Origin: a virus
Lineage: Duplodnaviria; Caudoviricetes
DNA length: 64,000 nt
Direction: 5' to 3' (one strand)
IMG/VR virus record: IMGVR_UViG_3300049324_000034
Location: 57,539-121,538 of that record
Shown: positions 19,090 to 27,120 of the stretch, piece after piece
Position numbering within the stretch: the stretch's first letter is position 1
How the letters are laid out: each line of letters begins with the position of its first letter
Position numbers and translations under genes: made by a program
The notes under the pieces: model-generated
The model's database searches: none
Seen by the model: only the letters and a program-made list of their open reading frames with translations
What the model was told of the DNA's origin: nothing

Positions 19090-19523
19090 CGCAGGATGCA
19101 CCCCCGGTGCGGGCTGCTGTGATAGCCCCGCTTCGGGTCGCAGCGGTCACCGACGGCACCGAACTCGGCCTGCTCAACTAGGCGTGCCTGCGCCCACCGC
19201 AGCGCGGCGGCGTAGTCGGCACCAGCATCGGGCGAACTGAGATCACTCAACGTCGTCCCGGTCGCCCGATGGTCGAGCCACCAGGTGCGGTCGACCACAG
19301 TGACGTCGACTGAACCGAACGTGGCGCACAGCGCTCCGGTGGCCGTGATCCGCACATCGGTGGGCTGAGTCAAGGCCAGCACCGTGAATCTCGCGTCCTC
19401 CAGGGTGTCCAGGACGAAAGCGGTCATCTCCTCTGAGGTGGTGGGGACCTCCTCGCCGCGCATGAACCTGCGGAGGCGAATCGAAAACGCGTTCGCCAAG
19501 ACTTCTGCTGGGGTCGGACTCAC
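19086..19523 (-). CDS. hypothetical protein
   Basis: Overlapping start and stop codons. Confidence 0.6.
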   Translation of the reverse strand: MSPTPAEVLANAFSIRLRRFMRGEEVPTTSEEMTAFVLDTLEDARFTVLALTQPTDVRITATGALCATFGSVDVTVVDRTWWLDHRATGTTLSDLSSPDAGADYAAALRWAQARLVEQAEFGAVGDRCDPKRGYHSSPHRGCILR

Positions 19524-19882
19524 ACTGCCACCGCCGTTTCCGGGTCCGCGTCGGACCACTCTTTGATCTGGCCGGTCTCTCGGTCGATGCGAATGCCGCG
19601 ATGCGGCAAGCGGTGACCGTCGGCGAGCAGGCAGCGGTAGTGGTGCTCGGCCAGCTCGGCATAGTTGGGCGCGTCTTTCACCAGCGGGTAGTCCACCCAG
19701 GGATGGCGCTCGGCGGTGCACTGCGCGGCGTCGTCGATCCGGTAGCCGTGGTCGCCGCCGCTTGACCAAGTTAGTTCGCAGTGATCACAGTCGTACCCGT
19801 CGCCTGTAGCGGTCGTCTCGGTGAGGCACAGAGGGCAGTCGGGGGCGTTGAACTCCAGGTCAGGTACTGCTGGGGCCGACAT
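19520..19882 (-). CDS. Zn-ribbon protein
   Basis: CPLC...CDHC; GAGG RBS. Confidence 0.65.
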   Translation of the reverse strand: MSAPAVPDLEFNAPDCPLCLTETTATGDGYDCDHCELTWSSGGDHGYRIDDAAQCTAERHPWVDYPLVKDAPNYAELAEHHYRCLLADGHRLPHRGIRIDRETGQIKEWSDADPETAVAV

Positions 19883-20120
19883 CGGGGCCCTCCTCAGCGT
19901 TGAAAGTGATCGCGAACAGGCCCATGCCGGGTAGCTGTTGCTGACCGGGCAGGGGTGTCACCACGGGCATGCCGCCGCGACGGCGCAGCTCCACGATCAG
20001 GTTCTCGATCACGATCACCTCATCGAGGTCACTCATGCACTGCGCCCGCTCCAGGTACTCCACGAGGTCGCGCATCACATGCCCGCGCGCCTTGCGTATC
20101 CGCTCGCGTTTGCTCGCCAT
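19860..20120 (-). CDS. hypothetical protein
   Basis: TGATG overlap. Confidence 0.6.
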   Translation of the reverse strand: MASKRERIRKARGHVMRDLVEYLERAQCMSDLDEVIVIENLIVELRRRGGMPVVTPLPGQQQLPGMGLFAITFNAEEGPDVGPSST

Positions 20121-20626
20121 CAGAGGGCACCCAGGGCCTTCAGTAGTGGTTCGGTCGCCGCCTGCACCGACGAGGGGACACCCTTGAACAGGGGCACGAT
20201 GTAGTCGGCGTGGAGCTCGAACCGTTCCCGACGGACCGGGTTGGTGGGGTACTGGAAAGACCACGTGCGAGCGCCCACGTTGACCAGCAGGATCCGGTCG
20301 GTGTCGGCCATACCGCCGCAGATGGGCAGCACCCGCACTCGGTAGGCGGCACCATTGCCGGGGCACCAATCGCGCCACTCCGACCGCGCCCGATCCAGGG
20401 TGAACTCTGGGCTGCGGGAGATCAGGTCCGCGATGTGCGCCTGATGTTGACGCTGCGCTCTGGCCGCCCCGCCCCGCGACGGGGGCAGCAGTACCTCAGT
20501 GCCCTTCCAGCCGCACTGGCACGCTGGGGTCGTCGCAAACGCGTGACTGCCGGTCTTGCCGGTCCTGCCCAGGTCGCGGCGGTCGGGGCGTTCAGTGTGT
20601 CCGGGTAGGACGTCGCGGCGCTTCAT
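20120..20626 (-). CDS. hypothetical protein
   Basis: ATGA overlap; CQCGW motif. Confidence 0.65.
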   Translation of the reverse strand: MKRRDVLPGHTERPDRRDLGRTGKTGSHAFATTPACQCGWKGTEVLLPPSRGGAARAQRQHQAHIADLISRSPEFTLDRARSEWRDWCPGNGAAYRVRVLPICGGMADTDRILLVNVGARTWSFQYPTNPVRRERFELHADYIVPLFKGVPSSVQAATEPLLKALGAL

Positions 20627-21015
20627 CGGAGCACCACGGGCTTACCGAGATCGCGGTGACCCACCACAGCTAGTCGCTGAGTCGAGGTCAGCCGGTAGGC
20701 GAGGTGATCGGCGAGAACTACGGAGCGATGCCGCCCCCCGGCACAGCCGATGGCGACCCTCAACGCCACTCCGCGCTCCAGTGCGATCGGATAGAGGGCG
20801 TCGATCGCGGTGAGTAGGCCGTTGATCAAACCGAGAGCACCGGGAGTGTCCAGTACCCGCTGAATGACCCGCACGTCCTGACCGTCGAGTTCCCGGAAGG
20901 CCGGGTCGACGTGGGGGTCTCGCAGGTGGCGCCGCACGTCGACGGTGAGGTCGTAGTCTCCGTGCAGCTCACCGTGTAGGTAGCCGAACGATCTGATAAT
21001 GACGGGGTTGGACAA
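20623..21015 (-). CDS. stand-alone RapZ C-terminal (RNA-binding) domain protein
   Basis: SFGYLHG, DVRRHLRDPH, LDGQD, VAIGCAGGRHRSV; AGGAGG RBS. Confidence 0.85.
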   Translation of the reverse strand: MSNPVIIRSFGYLHGELHGDYDLTVDVRRHLRDPHVDPAFRELDGQDVRVIQRVLDTPGALGLINGLLTAIDALYPIALERGVALRVAIGCAGGRHRSVVLADHLAYRLTSTQRLAVVGHRDLGKPVVLR

Positions 21016-21035
21016 GGGAACCTCCTGGACGTCGA

Positions 21036-21058
21036 CCGGAACGAGGTTCAGCCTACCA
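21036..21058 (-). promoter_or_regulatory. extended -10 promoter plus GTTCCGG
   Basis: TGG TAGGCT-N7-GTTCCGG. Confidence 0.8.
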
Positions 21059-21064
21059 TACCGG

Positions 21065-21343
21065 CTAGACCTTGCCGCGACGGGAATACGCCCCCCGCGA
21101 CCGCGTCGGCGACTGATTCGGGATCACCGGCTCCGCGCCCCCATCATCGAGCGCGGCCATCGCCGCCGGAATACAACGCGGATGCACCCCACCGTGCGCC
21201 GGATGACGCCACACCGTCGAATGCCCACACACGATGCAGCGGTGCAGCGGCCCGTCATCAACCAGCACCGCCAGCCACAACAGCGTCTCAATCGGCCCGA
21301 CAACATCGACCACCCCCGTGTCGGAACCGACCCACTCACTCAC
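21065..21343 (-). CDS. hypothetical Zn-binding protein
   Basis: CIVCGH...HPRC. Confidence 0.55.
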   Translation of the reverse strand: MSEWVGSDTGVVDVVGPIETLLWLAVLVDDGPLHRCIVCGHSTVWRHPAHGGVHPRCIPAAMAALDDGGAEPVIPNQSPTRSRGAYSRRGKV

Positions 21344-23666
21344 CGCCGATCACCCGGATGTCATTGCGCTTGTCGTCGCTGTCACGCTGCGCCGCCCGCA
21401 TCCCCACCTGCGCCCACAACTCCGCGTCCACCAGATCCTCCGGCACCCGAACCCACTGCTCCGCGTCATGCACCACCCGATTGCCCTCCTCAATACCCAT
21501 CCCCGCACGCACCTTGCAGCGCAACTCCCCCAGCGTGTCGCCCATGTGCGCCGCATCCGGCGGGGTGTGCCCCAGGCGCTGCATCGCGCCCCGGATGTTC
21601 ACCAGCGGAATCCACACCCCGTCGTCATCAGTCACCCACGGGTCGCGCGTCGTGCACGCCGTAGCGAACAACCCCGTGCCCGTCGAATGCCGCAACAGCC
21701 CCACCACCGCTAGGCGCATCGCCTCAGCCGGGGTACCGGCCGGCATGTCCCGGCACAGCTCGTACATCAGCTTCAGACCCTGCTCATCGGAACGCCACTC
21801 CCGCACCACATCGACGAACAGGTTCAGGTCGTGCTGCAAGATCCCCGACACCCGCGCGCGGGCATCCCAGTCGCCCTTGGCGTGCCAGCGCGTCGCCCCC
21901 ACCGAGCCCGGCCGCCACGTGCCCCCCTTGACCACGGAGTCGACACTGCGCCGCAGCCACACCCGGACCTCGTTGTTGCCGGTGAGCTTGCGTTCCCCCA
22001 CCGCCCACACCGTCACCCCCGGCGGCAACCCCAGGGCCGTGGACAGCTGTGCGCACTGCAACTCCTCCGTGGAGTTGCGCGGCCCGCGCGGCAGCGAGTC
22101 GTCAATGCCCTGACGGGGCGCGACCGCCGCGTCGGCGTGCTCGGCCAGTAGGTCGGGCTCCACCGGGGGCACCGCCCGCAGCAAGGGCGGTTCCGGGACG
22201 TCGCCCTCATCGCCCGATCCGGATCCAACGCTGACGTCGTTTTCGTTGGAATCCGACGTCGAAGCTCCAACCTCAGTTGGTGCCGGCGCCTGAACCTCCA
22301 ACGTAACGGCGTTTTCGTTATAGGCCGGTCCGTCATCTACAACTTCTGATGTAGGTGCGTCTACAGCATCTGAGGTAGCTCCCAGATTGGGTTCAGTTTG
22401 GAGCTGGTTTGGAGCTGGGTTGTCGTCGTCACCCTGGGCGGTCACCTCCGCCGTGACCGCCTGGATCGCCGCCAGGTGTCCCTCCGTCGTCGACTCCCGC
22501 GCCCGCATCGACGCCAGCACCCGGCCGATGGTGCGACCGATGTAGTAGGCGCCCCGCCGGGCCGGATCAACCTTCTCCACCCGGTGATCCACCCGCAGCC
22601 GCCGGCACATCAACGCCTCGGCGACGCAGTCCAGGCCGATGTTCTCCCGCAGCAGTGCCGTCACCAGCGCCGCGTCAATGCTGGAATGATCGTTGTCGTA
22701 CTGGGCGTCGGCCGCCCCGGACCAGATCGCCGCCAACTCCGGTGCCCACCCCGAGTCGAGGATCGCTTCCAGCCAGTCCGGCACGTAAGCCGGTGCGAGC
22801 AGGCGCACGCCCGCCCACAGGCCCGGCAGGTCCACTCCCGCGATGGTCTGCCCACCGTTGCCGGCGTCCCCACCGCGCAGGGGTCCGAGCAGCTTCTCCG
22901 GCGCGAGCACCGCCCGGATGTCGTCGAGGTCGTAACGGCGTGACGCGTCGACATCGAGCAGCACCACCGGGCGGTGGTCGCCCTCGACCTTGTGGTTCCA
23001 ACTACCGGGGCAGCGCACCAGACGGTTCGTGTCCGTCGTCGGGTCCACATGCCAGCCACCCAGGCGTTTCGCCCGGATCTGGAGGCTCTTGACGAACGAC
23101 CACGCCAGCTCCTCCCCGGCCGCCCGGTCAGCGGCGATACGGGAAGGGTCGATGATCGGCACGCCGTCATCGTCGAAGTCCACGCAGCCATAGATCAGCG
23201 GCTCGGCCAGGCGCCAGTGCGCCTGCACCCCGTGGCCGGTGTTGACCAGCGCGGTAGGCGCCAGGCCGGTGCAGCGGGCGACCGCGACAGCGGTCTCCAG
23301 ATCGGGAACCAGGGGCATGCGGGAACCGTGCGCCACCCCAGCGATGTCGATGTCGGACCACAACCAGGCCAGGCCGTCCACATCAGCCATGGCCAGGCGC
23401 TTGAAAGCCTTGCCGGTCTGCGGGTCGATCGCGCGGGCGCCACGCGTGAGGCCCACCCCGACGTAGACCCCCACCGTGGTACTGGCTGCGGCGTGGGTGG
23501 TGATCGCAGACGCAAGGCTGTCCGCCGTAGCAGGCAGCCAATGCGTCTGCGGTCCCAGCGCCCCGGATGAGAACGTTGAGAGCGTCAACCTCAACCCGTC
23601 CAGCATCCCGCCGTGATCGCCGAGCAGCGCGCCTGCGAAGGTTCGCGCCTGCTCGGCGTCGCTCAC
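21336..23666 (-). CDS. RepB-type (AEP superfamily) DNA primase
   Basis: LWSDID, VNTGHGVQAHW, DTNRLVRCPGSWNHK; acidic linker; unassigned C-terminus. Confidence 0.8.
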   Translation of the reverse strand: MSDAEQARTFAGALLGDHGGMLDGLRLTLSTFSSGALGPQTHWLPATADSLASAITTHAAASTTVGVYVGVGLTRGARAIDPQTGKAFKRLAMADVDGLAWLWSDIDIAGVAHGSRMPLVPDLETAVAVARCTGLAPTALVNTGHGVQAHWRLAEPLIYGCVDFDDDGVPIIDPSRIAADRAAGEELAWSFVKSLQIRAKRLGGWHVDPTTDTNRLVRCPGSWNHKVEGDHRPVVLLDVDASRRYDLDDIRAVLAPEKLLGPLRGGDAGNGGQTIAGVDLPGLWAGVRLLAPAYVPDWLEAILDSGWAPELAAIWSGAADAQYDNDHSSIDAALVTALLRENIGLDCVAEALMCRRLRVDHRVEKVDPARRGAYYIGRTIGRVLASMRARESTTEGHLAAIQAVTAEVTAQGDDDNPAPNQLQTEPNLGATSDAVDAPTSEVVDDGPAYNENAVTLEVQAPAPTEVGASTSDSNENDVSVGSGSGDEGDVPEPPLLRAVPPVEPDLLAEHADAAVAPRQGIDDSLPRGPRNSTEELQCAQLSTALGLPPGVTVWAVGERKLTGNNEVRVWLRRSVDSVVKGGTWRPGSVGATRWHAKGDWDARARVSGILQHDLNLFVDVVREWRSDEQGLKLMYELCRDMPAGTPAEAMRLAVVGLLRHSTGTGLFATACTTRDPWVTDDDGVWIPLVNIRGAMQRLGHTPPDAAHMGDTLGELRCKVRAGMGIEEGNRVVHDAEQWVRVPEDLVDAELWAQVGMRAAQRDSDDKRNDIRVIGGE

Positions 23667-24583
23667 GTCCCTGCGCCCTCGCCGTGGTCAGCGAAGTCGC
23701 CGCCCAGACCGGTGTCGCCCGACGGTGCCGGAGCGTCACCCGCTGCGGCAGCGGCCAACACCTCCGGGGTGAGCAGCGCACCGAACGCATCGGAGTAGGC
23801 CTTCGCGGCGTGCGCCGGAGAACCCTCCTCCGGTCCGCCCGCCTTCGTCGCCCGAACACCGGGCAGCGCACCAGCGAGCTTGACCACGATCTCGCCGTAC
23901 TTGTTACCGTTCTTAACCCGCTCCACCAGGGAGAACGCCAGCTTGAAACCGGAGTAGTGCGCGCGGGTCTTCACCGTCAGTTCGATCATCGCCTTGCGCA
24001 CCGCCGCCAGCGACGTCGGCGGAACCTGGATCAGCATCGGCAGCATCGACTGCGCCTCCAGCACGAACAGCAGCTTCTGCTGCTTACACGCCTTGCCCTT
24101 CGCGCCTTCCTTCGGTGAGCTACCCCACTGATCCATCGGACAGCCGGCGCACAACCGCTTGGGGTTCGCCCCCAGCACCACCACCGGAAGGTTCTCGTGA
24201 GACAGATCCCCCAGGTCCCCGTAGAGGCCCATCGGGTCCGGCGTCTTGCCGTCGGTCGACCAGCACGACGGGGGTTCGCTGGACAGCTCCACGCCGGGCC
24301 AGTACACCCGTGAGTCCGCCCAGTGAATCGGGATCGCCTCGATCACCGGCACCCGAGTGGCGGCCCCCAGCGCACTGGGGATCTTCCATTCGGTGTCGCC
24401 GCCCGTGGGCACTCCCACTCGCACGAGGTCGGACAGATCCAGCTTGCCGCCCACGTTGGCGCCGAAGGCTTCCAGCATCCCGTCGATGCCTTCGATCAAC
24501 GCCGGGTAATCCTCGACGTCAATCTGCTCAAGCGTCGCCAGCAACCCCGTGGGCTGCCGCTTCGCAACCGTTCCACCTGCCAT
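23663..24583 (-). CDS. phage replication protein, putative ssDNA-binding
   Basis: PPSCWSTDG...CAGCPMDQWGS...GKACK...VPPTSL family found in phage replication modules; acidic tail. Confidence 0.7.
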   Translation of the reverse strand: MAGGTVAKRQPTGLLATLEQIDVEDYPALIEGIDGMLEAFGANVGGKLDLSDLVRVGVPTGGDTEWKIPSALGAATRVPVIEAIPIHWADSRVYWPGVELSSEPPSCWSTDGKTPDPMGLYGDLGDLSHENLPVVVLGANPKRLCAGCPMDQWGSSPKEGAKGKACKQQKLLFVLEAQSMLPMLIQVPPTSLAAVRKAMIELTVKTRAHYSGFKLAFSLVERVKNGNKYGEIVVKLAGALPGVRATKAGGPEEGSPAHAAKAYSDAFGALLTPEVLAAAAAGDAPAPSGDTGLGGDFADHGEGAGT

Positions 24584-24697
24584 GTTCCACCACTCCTCCT
24601 GCTAGAAGACCCCAGCGAACCCACTGCCCACCGGGGGGTAACACCACCCTCCAAACCGGGCACGGGGAGCGTTCAGCTTGCCCCGCACCCGGAGGTT

Positions 24698-25270
24698 TCA
24701 GCGGCCCGACGCGCCGTCAGGGGCACCGTCGAGCACAGAACTCGAAGCCCCAGCCATCCGGGCCCGCGCCCGGCTCGGGCGCGAGTTGGTGAAGCCGACC
24801 TTCCACACCTCTGAAGGTTCGATCAGCGCCGCCACGTGTGGCGGGATCGGCTTGCCCTCGTCCTCCAGGTCACGCAGCCACGCCGACAGCGTGTTCGAGT
24901 TGTAACCCTCTGGAGTGATCATGTGGGCCAGTCCGTCAGCGCGCAGGGCGGCGGCCACCTCGGTGGCTGTGGTCTCCTCAGCGCGCTTACGCGCCCAGAT
25001 CGTCGAACGCAGCGTGCCCTTGATGCCGTCGAGCCGAATCTCATCGGTGCCGGCGGCGACGTACTGCTCCGTGAGCTGCGCCTGCCCTTCGTCGATCAGT
25101 ACGGCGAGTTCCTTGATGCGGCGGGAGTGTTCCTTACGCTCGTCCTCCCAGGCCTTGACCTGGCGCAACAACTGAGGGTCGACACTGATGCCGACCGGGG
25201 CTGGCGGGGTGGGATCGGAGTCGCCGACGGCCAGGGCCGGGGCCTCACTTTGGGTAGCGGAAGTAGACAT
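24698..25270 (-). CDS. phage replication-module coiled-coil protein
   Basis: NSNTLSAWLRD motif; GAGGAG RBS. Confidence 0.7.
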   Translation of the reverse strand: MSTSATQSEAPALAVGDSDPTPPAPVGISVDPQLLRQVKAWEDERKEHSRRIKELAVLIDEGQAQLTEQYVAAGTDEIRLDGIKGTLRSTIWARKRAEETTATEVAAALRADGLAHMITPEGYNSNTLSAWLRDLEDEGKPIPPHVAALIEPSEVWKVGFTNSRPSRARARMAGASSSVLDGAPDGASGR

Positions 25271-25292
25271 CTGGATCTCCTCACTCAGTGGA

Positions 25293-25315
25293 CCGGAACA
25301 AATGAAACCTTACCA
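25293..25315 (-). promoter_or_regulatory. extended -10 promoter plus GTTCCGG
   Basis: TGG TAAGGT-N7-GTTCCGG. Confidence 0.8.
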
Positions 25316-25321
25316 CACTGA

Positions 25322-25882
25322 TCAGCTGTTGTGACGCAGGGTGCATCCGTGTTTGCGAAGCAGGGCCGTCGAGTTCAGCACCCCCCGGACATCACTGGGG
25401 GTGGACGGAATGTAGACCTTCGCCCCGTCAGGGGCGTGGACACGCAGGTGGCGAGACGTCTGCTCGTAATGGACACCCTCATCGCGCAGCATCCGCAGCA
25501 AGCCGTCATGGTCCTGCGGGCCGGTCTGCTGCGCCGGGCGACGCTTACGCCGCGTGGGGCCCTGGGTGCGCCCGTTGTACTGCGCCGGCACCGCACCCTG
25601 CTCATAACGCCACGTGGCCAGAATCGAGCCGTCCGCGCTGACCAGCACCACCTGACCCGCCGCCCAGCGGCGCTCCCGGTCAAGGTGATCGGAGTCCGGG
25701 GTGACCATCTCCGGGTCGTAGTAGGCCCGTGTGATCGCCGCGACGCGCACCTTGCGGCTAGCGGCGACGCGGATCCGGTCGGTGCAGGGGGGCAGGCAGA
25801 TCTCGCCCCAGTCGATGTCTTCGGCTTCGCCCCGAGCCCAGGCGTGCAGTCCGGCTAGGTCGTCGTCGGTAATAGGGTCCAT
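25322..25882 (-). CDS. protein with C-terminal HicA-like domain
   Basis: RHLRVHAPDG...IPSTPSDVRG...LRKHG. Confidence 0.65.
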   Translation of the reverse strand: MDPITDDDLAGLHAWARGEAEDIDWGEICLPPCTDRIRVAASRKVRVAAITRAYYDPEMVTPDSDHLDRERRWAAGQVVLVSADGSILATWRYEQGAVPAQYNGRTQGPTRRKRRPAQQTGPQDHDGLLRMLRDEGVHYEQTSRHLRVHAPDGAKVYIPSTPSDVRGVLNSTALLRKHGCTLRHNS

Positions 25883-25910
25883 CGCGGTCTCTCCCTCGGT
25901 ACGTTGGGTG

Positions 25911-25933
25911 CCGGAACAGGACCCAACTTACCA
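25911..25933 (-). promoter_or_regulatory. extended -10 promoter plus GTTCCGG
   Basis: TGG TAAGTT-N7-GTTCCGG. Confidence 0.8.
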
Positions 25934-25935
25934 CA

Positions 25936-26796
25936 CTATGTAGTCGCGGGCACCCTCGGTAACAACGGCCAGCACCCCACGGCTTGCGCCGCCACCCGAT
26001 CCGCCGCCTGCGGCAGCTGCTCAATCCACGCCTTGCACTCCACCTCGGTCATCTCCCCGCGCGCGACCTTCTCCCACGCCTTCTCCACTGCCTTCGGAGT
26101 GCGCCAGTACTCGGCCAGACTGAGCTGGCCCTCCTCATGCCAACGGACCTGCGCCTCATGCAGCGCGGCGGCATCCCCGCCAGCGATCAACGCCCGAGCC
26201 GCCTTCGTCGCCTTGTTCGGCGGCCACTTCCCGCGCGGCCACGTGTTGTTACAACACCGTGCGGTGATCTTGTGAGCCAGCCGTCCAGCCGCCAGGCAGT
26301 CCGCCATCGCATCGTGGGCGTCATCGCCCAACGGGATGCCGTAATGCCGGCACTGACTCGACAGCGTCCGCTCCCCAGTGCGGTACATATCGCACGCCTT
26401 GTCCAACAACAGTGTGTCAATCACCGGGCCCCGCACCCGCAGCTCCACACCCATCGCGCGACCCAACTCGCGATCGGTCAGCGTGAGGTCATAGCCGATG
26501 TTGTGCCCGATGATCGGCACATTGGGCGACCACACGGTCAGGACGTGCAGCAGTTTGTGCATCACATGCTCAATGGGCTCGCCCTCGCGCTGCGCCCGCT
26601 CTGTGGTGATCTTGTGCACTGCCACCGCCTCGGCCGGGATCTCCCGGCGCGGCTGAACCAACCACTTCAGCGCCCGTGGGTCGCGACCAGGCGTTAGGTG
26701 CACCACCGCCGCTTGGATCATGAACGCCTCATCGGGATCCGGGGAATCCGACTCAATGTCGAACAGCAACCGCTGCTCAGCGTTCCAATGCGTCAC
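25936..26796 (-). CDS. DnaQ-like (DEDDh) 3'-5' exonuclease
   Basis: FDIES, GHNIGYD, VIDT, AHDAMAD. Confidence 0.88.
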   Translation of the reverse strand: MTHWNAEQRLLFDIESDSPDPDEAFMIQAAVVHLTPGRDPRALKWLVQPRREIPAEAVAVHKITTERAQREGEPIEHVMHKLLHVLTVWSPNVPIIGHNIGYDLTLTDRELGRAMGVELRVRGPVIDTLLLDKACDMYRTGERTLSSQCRHYGIPLGDDAHDAMADCLAAGRLAHKITARCCNNTWPRGKWPPNKATKAARALIAGGDAAALHEAQVRWHEEGQLSLAEYWRTPKAVEKAWEKVARGEMTEVECKAWIEQLPQAADRVAAQAVGCWPLLPRVPATT

Positions 26797-27059
26797 CGCC
26801 GCCGCCCCCCGTTGCTCGCCACCGACTTGCACGACGCCAAGTGAGCCCGGTAGAGCCCGCCCCGCGTCCTGCGCACGGTCTCACGCTCAACGCGGGGCAC
26901 CGTGCGCACCCGCAACACCTGGGAACGCCACGCCACTTCGAGCATCCCGTCAGGATGCGGCTCGGGCTCCACCGCCATCGGCACGCCGTTGTCGGTCGTG
27001 GCCACCATCACCAGCGCCCGACACGCACCGCACGGGGTAACCCTGCCCAACGCTTCCAC
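26793..27059 (-). CDS. Zn-binding hypothetical protein
   Basis: CGAC...HLASC; GGAGG RBS. Confidence 0.7.
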   Translation of the reverse strand: MEALGRVTPCGACRALVMVATTDNGVPMAVEPEPHPDGMLEVAWRSQVLRVRTVPRVERETVRRTRGGLYRAHLASCKSVASNGGRRR

Positions 27060-27081
27060 GAACGAACCTCCACATTGCGAG

Positions 27082-27104
27082 CCGGAACGAACCTCAGTCT
27101 ACCG
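27082..27104 (-). promoter_or_regulatory. -10 promoter plus GTTCCGG
   Basis: CGG TAGACT-N7-GTTCCGG. Confidence 0.7.
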
Positions 27105-27120
27105 GGAGGGTCCGACCGAC

